From NCBI GenBank assembly GCA_044359885.1, contig JBIKLI010000002.1, forward strand, positions 1-39,159: DNA of 39,159 nt, in the 5' to 3' direction. Below are positions 9,949-18,275 of the stretch, in pieces; the first letter of the stretch is position 1; each line of letters opens with the position of its first letter. Source of the stretch: Alphaproteobacteria bacterium (lineage in GTDB: Bacteria > Pseudomonadota > Alphaproteobacteria > CACIAM-22H2). Made by a program: the position numbers and the translations under genes. Under the pieces are notes generated by a model. The model did not search any database, was not told where the DNA came from, and saw nothing but the letters and a program-made list of their open reading frames with translations.

Positions 9949-10382
9949 CGCTGCATCTGGTGAAGCTCTGCGTCGGGGTCGACGACGTCGAGGATCTGGC
10001 GGACTGGCAGGCGCGCCGTGCCGCGGAACGCAAGGCCGCGGGCCAGCGCCATGCCTGCATCCACCGGACGCGCATGATGCCCAAGCGCCAGGACGAGCTG
10101 CTGGATGGCGGCTCGCTCTACTGGGTGATCAAGGGCGTGATCCGCGTGCGCCAGGCTCTGGTCGCGGTGGAGCCGGGGACGATGGACGACGGCACCAGCT
10201 GCGCGACGCTCGCGCTGGACCTCGATCTCGTCCGGACCCTGCCCAAGCCGATGCGGCCCTTCCAGGGCTGGCGATATCTCGCGCCCGGGGACGCGCCGGG
10301 CGATCTTGGCGAGGCTGGCGGCGATGTCGCCCGCATGCCGGCGGCCATGGTCGCCGAACTGCGCAACCTCTGTCTGTTGTGA
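9945..10382 (+). CDS. DUF1489 family protein (unknown function, alphaproteobacterial)
   Basis: 145 aa starting MTLHLVKLCVGVDDVEDLADWQ, with YWVIKG and PFQGWRYL further on, matching my recollection of the DUF1489 family. Its ATG overlaps the mccA stop as ATGA (9945-9948). Confidence 0.7.
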   Translation: MTLHLVKLCVGVDDVEDLADWQARRAAERKAAGQRHACIHRTRMMPKRQDELLDGGSLYWVIKGVIRVRQALVAVEPGTMDDGTSCATLALDLDLVRTLPKPMRPFQGWRYLAPGDAPGDLGEAGGDVARMPAAMVAELRNLCLL

Positions 10383-10395
10383 AGGAGAGCGGCCG

Positions 10396-11397
10396 GTGCA
10401 GCGCATTCTTGTGACCTATCCCGCCGACGAAGTCGCGGTGCGCTACGGCGCGGCGCTGGAGGCGCTGCGCGGTCTGGGCGAGGTGGTTGTCAATCCGCAG
10501 GCGCGTACGATGACGCCGGACGAGATCGTCGCGTCGGCCAGGGGCTGCGTGGCGATCGTCGCCGACCGCAACACGCCCTTCGATGCCGGCACGATCGCGC
10601 GGCTCGGCGACTGCAAGGCGCTGGTCCGGGCGGCGATGGACGTGCGGAACATCGACATCCCGGCCGCGTCCGCCGCCGGCATCCTGGTCACCCGTGCGGG
10701 TCCGGGATTCCGGGACGCGGTCGTCGAATTGCTGCTGGGCCAGATGGTCGATCTTGCGCGCGGCCTCAGCGACGGCGTGATCGCCTATCGCGCCGGCCGC
10801 ATGCCCGCGCGACGGCCCGGCATCCAGCTGGCCGGCCGGACCGCCAGCATCATCGGCTACGGAAATCTGGGCCGGCGCATGGCAGAGGTGCTGGGCTTCC
10901 TCGGCATGCGCGTCCTGGTCCACGATCCCCACGTCGCCGCCGTGGCACCGCCGGCCCAGGCGGCCGGTCGCGACGCGGTCCTGGCGGAGGGCGACTTCGT
11001 GATCTGCCTCGCGCTGCACAATGCCGAGACGGACCAGAGCATGAACCGCGAGGCCTTCCGGCGCATGAAGCGCAGCGCCTTCTTCCTCAATCCGTCGCGT
11101 GGCCGCGTGGTGGACGAGGCGGCGCTCGCCGAGGCGCTGCGCGAGGGCACCATCGCTGGCGCGGCGCTCGACGTCGGATCGGATCCGGACGACGTGCCGC
11201 CGGTGGCGCTGGGCGCGCTGCCGAATGTCGTCGCGGCGCCGCATATCGGCGGGCTGGTGCCCGAGGCCATGACCGCGCAGGCGGCCGACACGGTCGAACA
11301 GGTCGCGGCGATCCTCGCGGGTCGCATGCCGAAATTCGCCCTCAATCCCGGGTCTGCGACGCGTCTGTCGGCGGACACGCCCTCCGTAACACGATGA
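10396..11397 (+). CDS. D-isomer-specific 2-hydroxyacid dehydrogenase family, NAD-binding
   Basis: GTG at 10396 lies 6 nt after GAAGGAGAG (10381-10389). NAD motif IIGYGNLGRRMAEVL, then RGRVVDEAAL, AALDV and PHIGG. The longer track ORF from 10306 overlaps the DUF1489 gene. Confidence 0.85.
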   Translation: MQRILVTYPADEVAVRYGAALEALRGLGEVVVNPQARTMTPDEIVASARGCVAIVADRNTPFDAGTIARLGDCKALVRAAMDVRNIDIPAASAAGILVTRAGPGFRDAVVELLLGQMVDLARGLSDGVIAYRAGRMPARRPGIQLAGRTASIIGYGNLGRRMAEVLGFLGMRVLVHDPHVAAVAPPAQAAGRDAVLAEGDFVICLALHNAETDQSMNREAFRRMKRSAFFLNPSRGRVVDEAALAEALREGTIAGAALDVGSDPDDVPPVALGALPNVVAAPHIGGLVPEAMTAQAADTVEQVAAILAGRMPKFALNPGSATRLSADTPSVTR

Positions 11398-11460
11398 TCC
11401 CGCGGCGACGGATGATTGCGCAAGCGTGCCGGCGACCCGGGTCCGCCACATGCGCTGTCG

Positions 11461-11517
11461 CCGGTCGCGTCGATGCCTCGTACCCGGCACGGCAGCCGGG
11501 CCGCGACCGGCCATTTT
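11461..11517 (+). terminator. candidate intrinsic terminator (compound hairpin plus T-tract) after the 2-hydroxyacid dehydrogenase gene
   Basis: Outer stem CCGGTCGCG (11461-11469) pairs with CGCGACCGG (11502-11510). It encloses the inner hairpin CCCGGC-acggca-GCCGGG (11483-11500) and is followed by ccATTTTCCTGTT. The long loop makes it atypical. Confidence 0.35.
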
Positions 11518-11723
11518 CCTGTTCGGCGGCTTGCCGCCGATAATGCGCCTGCCTAGTTACGGTTGGGCACCGGTCGGGTTTGGAGGCGGGCATGGGTTCA
11601 GATCGGGGGGAATGGCGCGACGCAGGTTCGTCACGACCGGCCCGGGCTCAGTACCAGCATCGCGACGGCAGCGGCGGACATCCTGCATTCGGCTATGTCG
11701 GGACGGTTCCGACGGGCCGGATC

Positions 11724-12434
11724 ATGGTTCCGAGCAGCGTCTTCAACGACGTGGTCGACGACCTCGATCTCGGCTTTTCACCCGAACTCGCTGCCTATGG
11801 AGCCGGTCAGAAGATCGCGATGATCGGTAGCGTTCCAAAGCAGGTCGGGGATCTGGCGAGTGAAAGCCTGATGGAGGTGGAACTGACCAAGTACGCGATC
11901 CACGCCGATATCCTCATCCTGCGTTTCGAAAAAGGCGGATCCAGGAAGTTTCTGTATCAGGGTTTCGAATTCGACATCGGGTATTTCGGTCTGGACACGG
12001 CTGAAGCGGGTCGCACCGCCGCGCCTCGGAGACTTCTCTCGAAACTCGGCGAGAATCTGCGCAGCAATGTGCCGCACATGTTGCTGGCCACATACCAGAA
12101 CGCCCCGACTTTCGCGGTTGCGTATCGTACGATGGACGAGGCGGACATCAAGTCTGCAGGCCTCATGGTCGACGACGGCGCCTATGCGGGCGCGAAACTT
12201 TCAGTCGAACAGGTCGTGCGCGCCAATCGAAGCGAGATCGTCTGGCATGAACTTCTTTGCCATGCGGTCCCGGGTGCGACCGGTCGGCCTTTCCTTCATC
12301 AGCCGTCCCGGGCGGAAGCGGTGCCGGCCGCGCTGAAGTTGTCCGACAAGATCGAAGCAGCTATCGACAGGATCGTCCGGAAGACGGCGATAAGCCGCCT
12401 GCGTTCCCCCGCACGCACGGTAAGATCCCGGTGA
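11724..12434 (+). CDS. hypothetical protein, low-G+C orphan with no family recognised
   Basis: The open frame runs from TTG 11580 to 12434. The first 48 codons are G+C- and Arg/Gly-rich and look non-coding, so ATG 11724 (MVPSSVFNDVV...) is preferred; the start is uncertain and no clear SD is present. There is no signal peptide or TM segment. A long ORF in a locally A+T-richer stretch is unlikely to be a G+C artefact. Confidence 0.6.
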   Translation: MVPSSVFNDVVDDLDLGFSPELAAYGAGQKIAMIGSVPKQVGDLASESLMEVELTKYAIHADILILRFEKGGSRKFLYQGFEFDIGYFGLDTAEAGRTAAPRRLLSKLGENLRSNVPHMLLATYQNAPTFAVAYRTMDEADIKSAGLMVDDGAYAGAKLSVEQVVRANRSEIVWHELLCHAVPGATGRPFLHQPSRAEAVPAALKLSDKIEAAIDRIVRKTAISRLRSPARTVRSR

Positions 12435-12542
12435 AGGAAGCCTGATCTCGTCGGTGCCCGGGGCGCCTTCATCTTTGCTGTCCCGGTGTGGATGCCGACA
12501 CCATCCAGGGACTCAAACGCAACACAGGCGGTGATCGCGACG

Positions 12543-13025
12543 ATGTCCGACGGATACACCACCAAGACCGAGATCGACAGGCGCCGGGTCCTCAAGGGGG
12601 GCGCGATCGCGGCGGCCCTCGTCGCTGCTGGCCTCGCGCCCCCGGGCCGGGCGCGAGCGGCCTGGAACAGGGCGGCATTCCAGAGCGCGTCGATCCAGGA
12701 GGCGCTGGCAGCGCTCGGCGCCGGGCCACCCGCGCGCAGCGGGGACGTGCAGATCGTCGCCGCCGACATCGCGGACAACGGCGCGGTGGTGCCGGTCCAG
12801 ATCGTCAGCCGCCTTCCCGGCACCGGTCGCATCGCGCTGTTCGTCGAAAACAACCCGAACCTGCTCGCCGCGGTGTTCGAGATCGGGCCCGACCTGATCG
12901 CCGACATTTCCACGCGCATCAAGATGATGCAGACGTCGCAGGTCGTTGCCGTGGTCTGGGCCGGTGGCAGGATTTTCAGCGCCGCGAGGGAAATCAAGGT
13001 CACGCTGGGCGGCTGCGGCAGCTGA
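12543..13025 (+). CDS. soxY: SoxY, sulfur-carrier subunit of the SoxYZ complex
   Basis: Twin-arginine signal EIDRRRVLKGGAIAAALVAAG. C-terminal swinging-arm motif KVTLGGCGS-stop (canonical GGCGG). soxZ follows directly. Alternative starts are GTG 12486 and ATG 12492. Confidence 0.85.
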   Translation: MSDGYTTKTEIDRRRVLKGGAIAAALVAAGLAPPGRARAAWNRAAFQSASIQEALAALGAGPPARSGDVQIVAADIADNGAVVPVQIVSRLPGTGRIALFVENNPNLLAAVFEIGPDLIADISTRIKMMQTSQVVAVVWAGGRIFSAAREIKVTLGGCGS

Positions 13026-13069
13026 CCGCCGCGCCGCCTTCGCCAGCCGCATTCGAGGGAAACAGGTCC

Positions 13070-13381
13070 ATGACAAGTCCGACGCGTATCCGCGCCGTCA
13101 GCAAGGACGGCATCACCGAGGTCAGGATCCTGATGAGCCACGAGATGGAGACGGGGCAGCGCCGGGATGGGGCGGGCGCGCTGGTCCCGGCCTGGTTCAT
13201 CCAGGAAGTGGCGGCCCTGCTCAACGACCGGGAGGTCCTGGCTGCCCAATGGGGACCGTCGATCGCCCGGAATCCCTATCTGTCGTTCAAGATCAGGGGG
13301 GGGAGGGCCGGTGACACGATCAGCGTCACCTGGTTGGACAATCGCGGCGAACGGCGCAGCGACAGCGTGCGCGTGACCTGA
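13070..13381 (+). CDS. soxZ: SoxZ, partner subunit of SoxY
   Basis: 103 aa with an SD-like GAGGGAAACAGG before ATG 13070. The sequence IRAVSKDGITEVRILMSHEMETGQRRD...NPYLSFKI matches the SoxZ pattern. It lies directly downstream of soxY. Confidence 0.85.
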   Translation: MTSPTRIRAVSKDGITEVRILMSHEMETGQRRDGAGALVPAWFIQEVAALLNDREVLAAQWGPSIARNPYLSFKIRGGRAGDTISVTWLDNRGERRSDSVRVT

Positions 13382-13396
13382 GGATCGCGCGCTGCT

Positions 13397-14695
13397 TCAG
13401 CTGCCCCAGATCTCCTTCGTCGCCGAGGCATACCAGCCCTCGGCATAATGCGCCTCGCGGTCGCGGAACTGCGCCGCGTCGGGGGGCGTGCGCGGGCTGA
13501 CCCCGCCGGCGCCCTGGACAGCGACGATGCCGTTCGGGGTGGCCCGGAAGATGTCGGCGACCGAGATGCCGTAGTCGGGCGCGATCAGCGAGTAGCAGGT
13601 ATTGGCGAAGACCGGCATTTCCGCGGGCTGTCCGGCCAGCGAGGCGGCGATCGCACGGGCGACGAATTTCGCCTGGCTAGAGGCGACGAATCCCGATTTG
13701 GGCATGGCCCACGCGATCGCGGCGTCGCCGATGACATGGATGTCCTTGGCGCGCGTCGACTCGAAGGTGAAGGGGTCGACCGGGCACCAGCCTGCGAGGC
13801 TGCCCTCGGTCGCCGCGAGGCCGGCGTCGCGTGCGATGCGCCCGGCCATCTGCGGCGGGATCACGTTGGCGACATCCGCGCGATGGCGCTGCCCGAACTC
13901 GGTCACCAGCGTCTTCTCGCCGGGGATCACCTGGACGACGCGGCCGTCCTGGCCCAGCGGCACCCATTCGATCATGTCCCCGTAGAGCTGCTTCCAGCCG
14001 TCCTGGAACAGGCTCTGCTTCGAGAACGCGTCCTTGGCATCGAGGGCAAGGATCTTCGACTTCGGCTTCGCCTGCTTCAGATAGTGGGCGATCATCGCGA
14101 TCCGCTCGTAGGGGCCCGGCGGGCAGCGGAACGGGTTGCCCGGGATCGAGAGGACGACGAGCCCGCCATCGGGCATCGCCTCGAGCTGGCTGCGCAGGAG
14201 CGTCGTCTGCGGCCCGGCCTGCCACGCATGCGGCATCGACGTCGTCGCGGCTTCGTCGTAGCCCGCGATCGCCCCCCAGCGCATGTCGATCCCCGGCGAC
14301 ACGACCAGCTTGTCGTAGCCGATCGTCTGGCCGCCGGCGACGCGCACGGTCTTGGCCGCGGGATCGATCGCGACGGCGGTGTCGCGCACATGCGTGACGC
14401 CGTGGCGCGCCGTCAGCACGCCGTAGCCATGGGTGATGTCCGCCATGGTCTTGAACCCGGCCAGGACGTAGTTCGAGAAGGGGCAGGTCTGGAACTCGGA
14501 TTTCGGCTCGATCATGGTGACATCGAGCGCGGGATCGGCGAGGCGCAGGTTCCGGGCCGCGGTGGCGCCGCCGAAGCCGCCGCCGATCACGACGACCCGC
14601 CGGCGCGCCGGCTGGGCCGAAACCATGCTGGCGACCGGCGCGGCGGCGAGCACGGCGCCGGCGAGGGCGCGGCGGGTCAATCCGTTGCGTGACAT
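13397..14695 (-). CDS. fccB: flavocytochrome c sulfide dehydrogenase, FAD-binding flavoprotein subunit (FccB/SoxF-like)
   Basis: ATG at 14695 is preceded by GGGAGG. Tat signal MSRNGLTRRALAG, FAD dinucleotide motif VVVIGGGFGGATAA, then FRCPPGPYERIAMIAHYL and IHVIGDAA. The 566-aa track ORF extends upstream through the cytochrome gene out of frame. Confidence 0.9.
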   Translation of the reverse strand: MSRNGLTRRALAGAVLAAAPVASMVSAQPARRRVVVIGGGFGGATAARNLRLADPALDVTMIEPKSEFQTCPFSNYVLAGFKTMADITHGYGVLTARHGVTHVRDTAVAIDPAAKTVRVAGGQTIGYDKLVVSPGIDMRWGAIAGYDEAATTSMPHAWQAGPQTTLLRSQLEAMPDGGLVVLSIPGNPFRCPPGPYERIAMIAHYLKQAKPKSKILALDAKDAFSKQSLFQDGWKQLYGDMIEWVPLGQDGRVVQVIPGEKTLVTEFGQRHRADVANVIPPQMAGRIARDAGLAATEGSLAGWCPVDPFTFESTRAKDIHVIGDAAIAWAMPKSGFVASSQAKFVARAIAASLAGQPAEMPVFANTCYSLIAPDYGISVADIFRATPNGIVAVQGAGGVSPRTPPDAAQFRDREAHYAEGWYASATKEIWGS

Positions 14696-14706
14696 CGTCG
14701 CCTCCC

Positions 14707-15018
14707 TCAACGCCAGTTCCTGGCGATTTCGCGCGCCATCAGGGCGAGTTCCTCGTCGCTGAAACCCTTGGCGTGGCGGTTCATCACCGTCGCCGGGCGA
14801 CGGTCGTTCTTGAAGTCGAGCATCGCTTCGAGGATCTCCGTCTCGGAGCGGCCGTTGATCGACGGGATCGCCCCCGCGCTCTGCCCGTTGGGGCCGTGGC
14901 AGCCCGTGCAGGTCGCGCTCAGCGTCGCCCCGCTGGGCGGCGCCAGGGTCTGCGCCGCCGCAGCCCCCGCAGCGGCGATCGTCGCGATGCCGAAGACGAT
15001 GGCGAGGGCTGTATTCAT
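14707..15018 (-). CDS. fccA: monohaem c-type cytochrome subunit (FccA/SoxE-like) of sulfide dehydrogenase
   Basis: 103 aa with signal peptide MNTALAIVFGIATIAAAGAAAAQ, haem-binding CTGCH and a distal Met in PATVMNRH. GGAAGGA lies before the ATG. The gene ends 11 nt before fccB. Confidence 0.85.
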   Translation of the reverse strand: MNTALAIVFGIATIAAAGAAAAQTLAPPSGATLSATCTGCHGPNGQSAGAIPSINGRSETEILEAMLDFKNDRRPATVMNRHAKGFSDEELALMAREIARNWR

Positions 15019-15168
15019 TTGCTCGTCCTTCCGATTTCCGCCCGGATCGCGTTGCCTGGCGAGGCAGGGTCGACGAATCAGGTGTGCCAGAAGACAAAGG
15101 CGGACGCGAACAAGAATTTCTATATCCTGCTTAAACCTGCATTCCTTCCGGACGATGGGACGACGAGG

Positions 15169-16191
15169 ATGAACATGGTCAACCGTCAGTGGCGCCTGCG
15201 CGCGCGGCCGGCCGGCATGCCGGCGGCCGACACCTGGGAGATGGTCGAGGGGCCGGTTCCCGAGCCAGGCGACGGCCAGGTACTGGCGCGCGCGTGCTGG
15301 CTGTCGGTCGACCCGTATATGCGCGGCCGGATCTCGGCGGGTCCCAGCTATGCCCGTCCGGTGGAGCCCGGCGAGGTGATGCAGGGCGGCGGGGTGGGCG
15401 TCGTGGTGGCGTCGCGCAATCCGGCACTGCGGCCTGGCGACATCGTCGAGAGCATGGGCTGGGGCTGGCAGGACTACGCGCTGCTGCCGCCCACGGGAAC
15501 GCGCAAGGTCGATCCGGCCCTGGGGCCGATGCGCCACGCCCTGGGGGTGCTGGGCATGCCGGGGCTCACGGCGTATTTCGCGCTGCTGGACGTCGGCGCG
15601 CCGCGGCCGGGAGACGTCGTGGCGGTGTCGTCTGCCTCCGGTGCCGTCGGCCAGGTCGTCGGCCAGATCGCGAAGCTGATGGGCTGCCGCACGATCGCCA
15701 TCGCCGGGGGACCGGAGAAGATCGCGTGGTGCCGCGAGCTCGGCTACGATTCCGGCGTTGACTACAAGGCGGGGGATCTGCGCGCCGCGCTGGCGGACGC
15801 TGCGCCGGACGGGATCGACGTCTATTTCGACAACACCGCCGGGCCGATCTTCGACGCCGTGATGGAGCGCATCAACCTGCGCGCGCGGATCGTCCAGTGC
15901 GGCACCATCGACACCTACAACCGGCCCGGGCAACCGGATGTCGGTCTGCGTCACCACCGCCAGATGCTGGTCAAGCGTGCGCGCTGGCAGGGCTTCCTCT
16001 ACACCGACTATGTCCATCGCAGCGAGGAAGGGCTGGCGCGGCTGGCGTCCTGGCTGCGCGAGGGGCGGCTGCGCTATCGCGAGGACATCGCCGAGGGGAT
16101 CGAGGCGATGCCCGGCGCGCTTCTGCGCGTCCTGTCCGGTGCCAATCTCGGCAAGCAACTGGTGCGGGTGTCGCCGGAGCCGGCGGGGTGA
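15169..16191 (+). CDS. NADP-dependent oxidoreductase, medium-chain dehydrogenase/reductase family (alkenal/enone reductase, YncB/CurA-like)
   Basis: 340 aa. The opening NRQWRLRARPAG...W...PVPEPGDGQVL, then LSVDPYMRGR, LGMPGLTAYFALLD and VSSASGAVGQVVGQIAK, are typical of this MDR subgroup. Confidence 0.85.
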   Translation: MNMVNRQWRLRARPAGMPAADTWEMVEGPVPEPGDGQVLARACWLSVDPYMRGRISAGPSYARPVEPGEVMQGGGVGVVVASRNPALRPGDIVESMGWGWQDYALLPPTGTRKVDPALGPMRHALGVLGMPGLTAYFALLDVGAPRPGDVVAVSSASGAVGQVVGQIAKLMGCRTIAIAGGPEKIAWCRELGYDSGVDYKAGDLRAALADAAPDGIDVYFDNTAGPIFDAVMERINLRARIVQCGTIDTYNRPGQPDVGLRHHRQMLVKRARWQGFLYTDYVHRSEEGLARLASWLREGRLRYREDIAEGIEAMPGALLRVLSGANLGKQLVRVSPEPAG

Positions 16192-16210
16192 GCCGCGTGG
16201 CCGGCCGGGT

Positions 16211-17074
16211 TCAGGCGCCGGCCGCGATCTGCGTCCAGCCCTCGACGGTGGTGCGATAGGTGACACGGCGATAGCCGCGGTAATCGTCGATCGCGGTGTG
16301 CAGCACCAGCGGATTGTTCCAGAGCAGCAACGTGCCCTGCGCCCAGCGCACGCGGCAGGTGAATTCCGGGCGCAGCGCCGTCGCCAGCAGATGATCGAGG
16401 ATCGGCCGGCTCTCGGCCTCGGTCAGGCCGTCGAAGCGGCTGATCACGGGGTTCACGAGCAGATAGCTGCGGCCGGTGCCGGGCTGTTCGCAGATGACCG
16501 GGTGCCGTGCCTCGACGACGTCGAGCCGGTCGCGATCGGCGCTAAGCCCCAGCCGCCCGGAGCGCGCGTTCACGGCATAGACGCCGCGCGCGCTGTGCAC
16601 ACCCGTCAGCCCGCGCAGAAGCCGTCGCATGCCTGGCGAGAGCGCGCGGCAGGCCTGGACCAGGCTGGCGAAGCAGGTGTCGCCGCCGACCGGCGGGATG
16701 GTCTCGCCGTAGAGCATGACGATGGCGGGCGGCTTTTCCATCCAGGCGAGATCCATGTGCCAGTGGTCGCCGACCACCGCGTCGCCGTCGCCGGGCTCGC
16801 GTACGAAGGCGACGATGTCCTCGAGACCGGGCAGGGGCGTGTGGACAGGGTTGCCGCTGAAGGGTCCGAAGCGCCGGGCAAGCCGATGCAGGCTTGGCGG
16901 ATCGAGACGCTGGTCCCGGATCGCCAGCACGAGATGGCGATCGAGTGCGCGCCTGATCTCGGCCACCGTCGCGGGGTCGTCGTCGGCGGCGAGATCGACG
17001 CCCCGCAGCTCGGCGCCGAGCACGCCGGTCAGCGGGGCGACCTCGAAGCGGGTGAAATCGGGGTCGCGCAGCAT
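16211..17074 (-). CDS. TauD/TfdA family Fe(II)/2-oxoglutarate-dependent dioxygenase
   Basis: 287 aa. The 2-His-1-carboxylate triad is present as HWHMD (HxD) and the distal His in WNNPLVLHTAIDDY. The overall pattern resembles taurine dioxygenase. Confidence 0.85.
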   Translation of the reverse strand: MLRDPDFTRFEVAPLTGVLGAELRGVDLAADDDPATVAEIRRALDRHLVLAIRDQRLDPPSLHRLARRFGPFSGNPVHTPLPGLEDIVAFVREPGDGDAVVGDHWHMDLAWMEKPPAIVMLYGETIPPVGGDTCFASLVQACRALSPGMRRLLRGLTGVHSARGVYAVNARSGRLGLSADRDRLDVVEARHPVICEQPGTGRSYLLVNPVISRFDGLTEAESRPILDHLLATALRPEFTCRVRWAQGTLLLWNNPLVLHTAIDDYRGYRRVTYRTTVEGWTQIAAGA

Positions 17075-17087
17075 GGAGCCGGTGCTT

Positions 17088-18254
17088 TCAGAGCCGTCCG
17101 GCGAGGGCGGCCTCGTACATCGCGCGCATCTCCGCCACGCCGACCGGGACCGGGTTGCCGCCCGCCGTCGGATCCTCGGCGGCCATGCGCGAGAACAGGT
17201 CGAGATGCGCGGGCGTCACGCCGAGTTCGGCCAGCGTGTGCGGGATTCCGACTTCGCGGCGCAGGGAGAGCGCCCAGTCCATGAAGCCGTCGAAGCCCGG
17301 CCGGGGCAGGTCGAGATAGCGCGACAGGCGCACGATCTTGGACTCGATCGCCGGCCGGTTGAACATCAGCACATAGGGCATCGCGACGGCGTTGGTCAGG
17401 CCGTGATGCGTGTCGAGGACAGCGCCCACGGGGTGCGACAGCGAATGGATCGCGCCCAGCCCCTTCTGGAACGCGGTCGAGCCCATCTGCGAGGCGGCGA
17501 GCATATGCGCGCGCGCCTCGATGTCGGCGCCATCGGCCACCGCGCGCGCCAGGTTCTCCTTGACCAGCCGCATGCCCTCGACCGCGATGCCGTCGGCGTA
17601 GGGATGATGGAAGGGCGCGCAATAGGCCTCGAGCAGATGGATGAAGGCATCGAGGCCCGTGCCGGCGGTCAGCTTTGGCGGCAGGCCGACGGTCAGTTCG
17701 GGATCGGCGACGACCACGGCCGGCATCATCTTCGGATGGAAGATGACCTTCTTGGTCCGCGTCTCCTCGTTGGTGATCACGCCGGCGCGCCCGGTCTCCG
17801 ATCCGGTCCCGGCGGTCGTCGGGACCGCGACGACAGGCGCGATGCCGTCGGGATTGGCGCGCGTCCACCAGTCGCCGACATCCTCGAAATCCCACATCGG
17901 CCGGGTCTGCTGCGCCATGAACGCGATGACCTTGCCGCAGTCGAGTGCGCTGCCGCCGCCGATCGCGATCACCCCGTCATGCCCGCCGGCGCGCAGCACG
18001 GCGAGCCCGTCCGCGACGTTGCGCGCCACCGGATTGGGCTTCACGTCGCTGAACACCGCGTCGCCCAGGCCTGCCTGGCGGCAGATCCCGACGATCCGCG
18101 CGAACATGTCCAGCCGCGCGAGGCCGGGGTCGGTGACGATCAGCGGCCGCGCGATCCGTGCGGCCGCGCAGGCCTGCGGCAGCTCGGCGATGCGCCCGGC
18201 GCCGAAGCGGATCGCGGTCGGAAAATTCCAGTTGCCCTTGAGTTCGATCGTCAC
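17088..18254 (-). CDS. iron-containing (group III) alcohol dehydrogenase
   Basis: 388 aa with GGGSALDCGK, VAVPTTAGTGSE, and metal-ligand His residues in IHSLSHPVG and THHGLTNA. Confidence 0.9.
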   Translation of the reverse strand: MTIELKGNWNFPTAIRFGAGRIAELPQACAAARIARPLIVTDPGLARLDMFARIVGICRQAGLGDAVFSDVKPNPVARNVADGLAVLRAGGHDGVIAIGGGSALDCGKVIAFMAQQTRPMWDFEDVGDWWTRANPDGIAPVVAVPTTAGTGSETGRAGVITNEETRTKKVIFHPKMMPAVVVADPELTVGLPPKLTAGTGLDAFIHLLEAYCAPFHHPYADGIAVEGMRLVKENLARAVADGADIEARAHMLAASQMGSTAFQKGLGAIHSLSHPVGAVLDTHHGLTNAVAMPYVLMFNRPAIESKIVRLSRYLDLPRPGFDGFMDWALSLRREVGIPHTLAELGVTPAHLDLFSRMAAEDPTAGGNPVPVGVAEMRAMYEAALAGRL

Positions 18255-18275
18255 GGTGGCCTCGCTCGTTCGCGG

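Noticed and set aside
11523-11540. A small hairpin GGCGG-CTTG-CCGCC downstream of the compound hairpin.
   Set aside because: The stem is only 5 bp and there is no following T-tract. It is not reportable on its own.
12242-12262. WHELLCHAV in the orphan protein, which resembles a zincin HExxH metalloprotease motif.
   Set aside because: The spacing is HExxxH (H-E-L-L-C-H), not HExxH. No downstream third ligand motif is evident, so I do not call it a peptidase.
11553-12460. An inverted 8-mer (GGGCACCG at about 11556 and CGGTGCCC at about 12453) flanking the orphan gene, considered as possible insertion boundaries.
   Set aside because: An 8-nt G+C-rich match is expected by chance in this composition. 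No target-site duplication or recombinase gene accompanies it.
15126-15140. A direct repeat CCTGC-N5-CCTGC in the A+T-rich divergent region between fccA and the oxidoreductase gene.
   Set aside because: Two 5-mers spaced one helical turn apart are easily produced by chance, and no extended symmetry or third copy is present.
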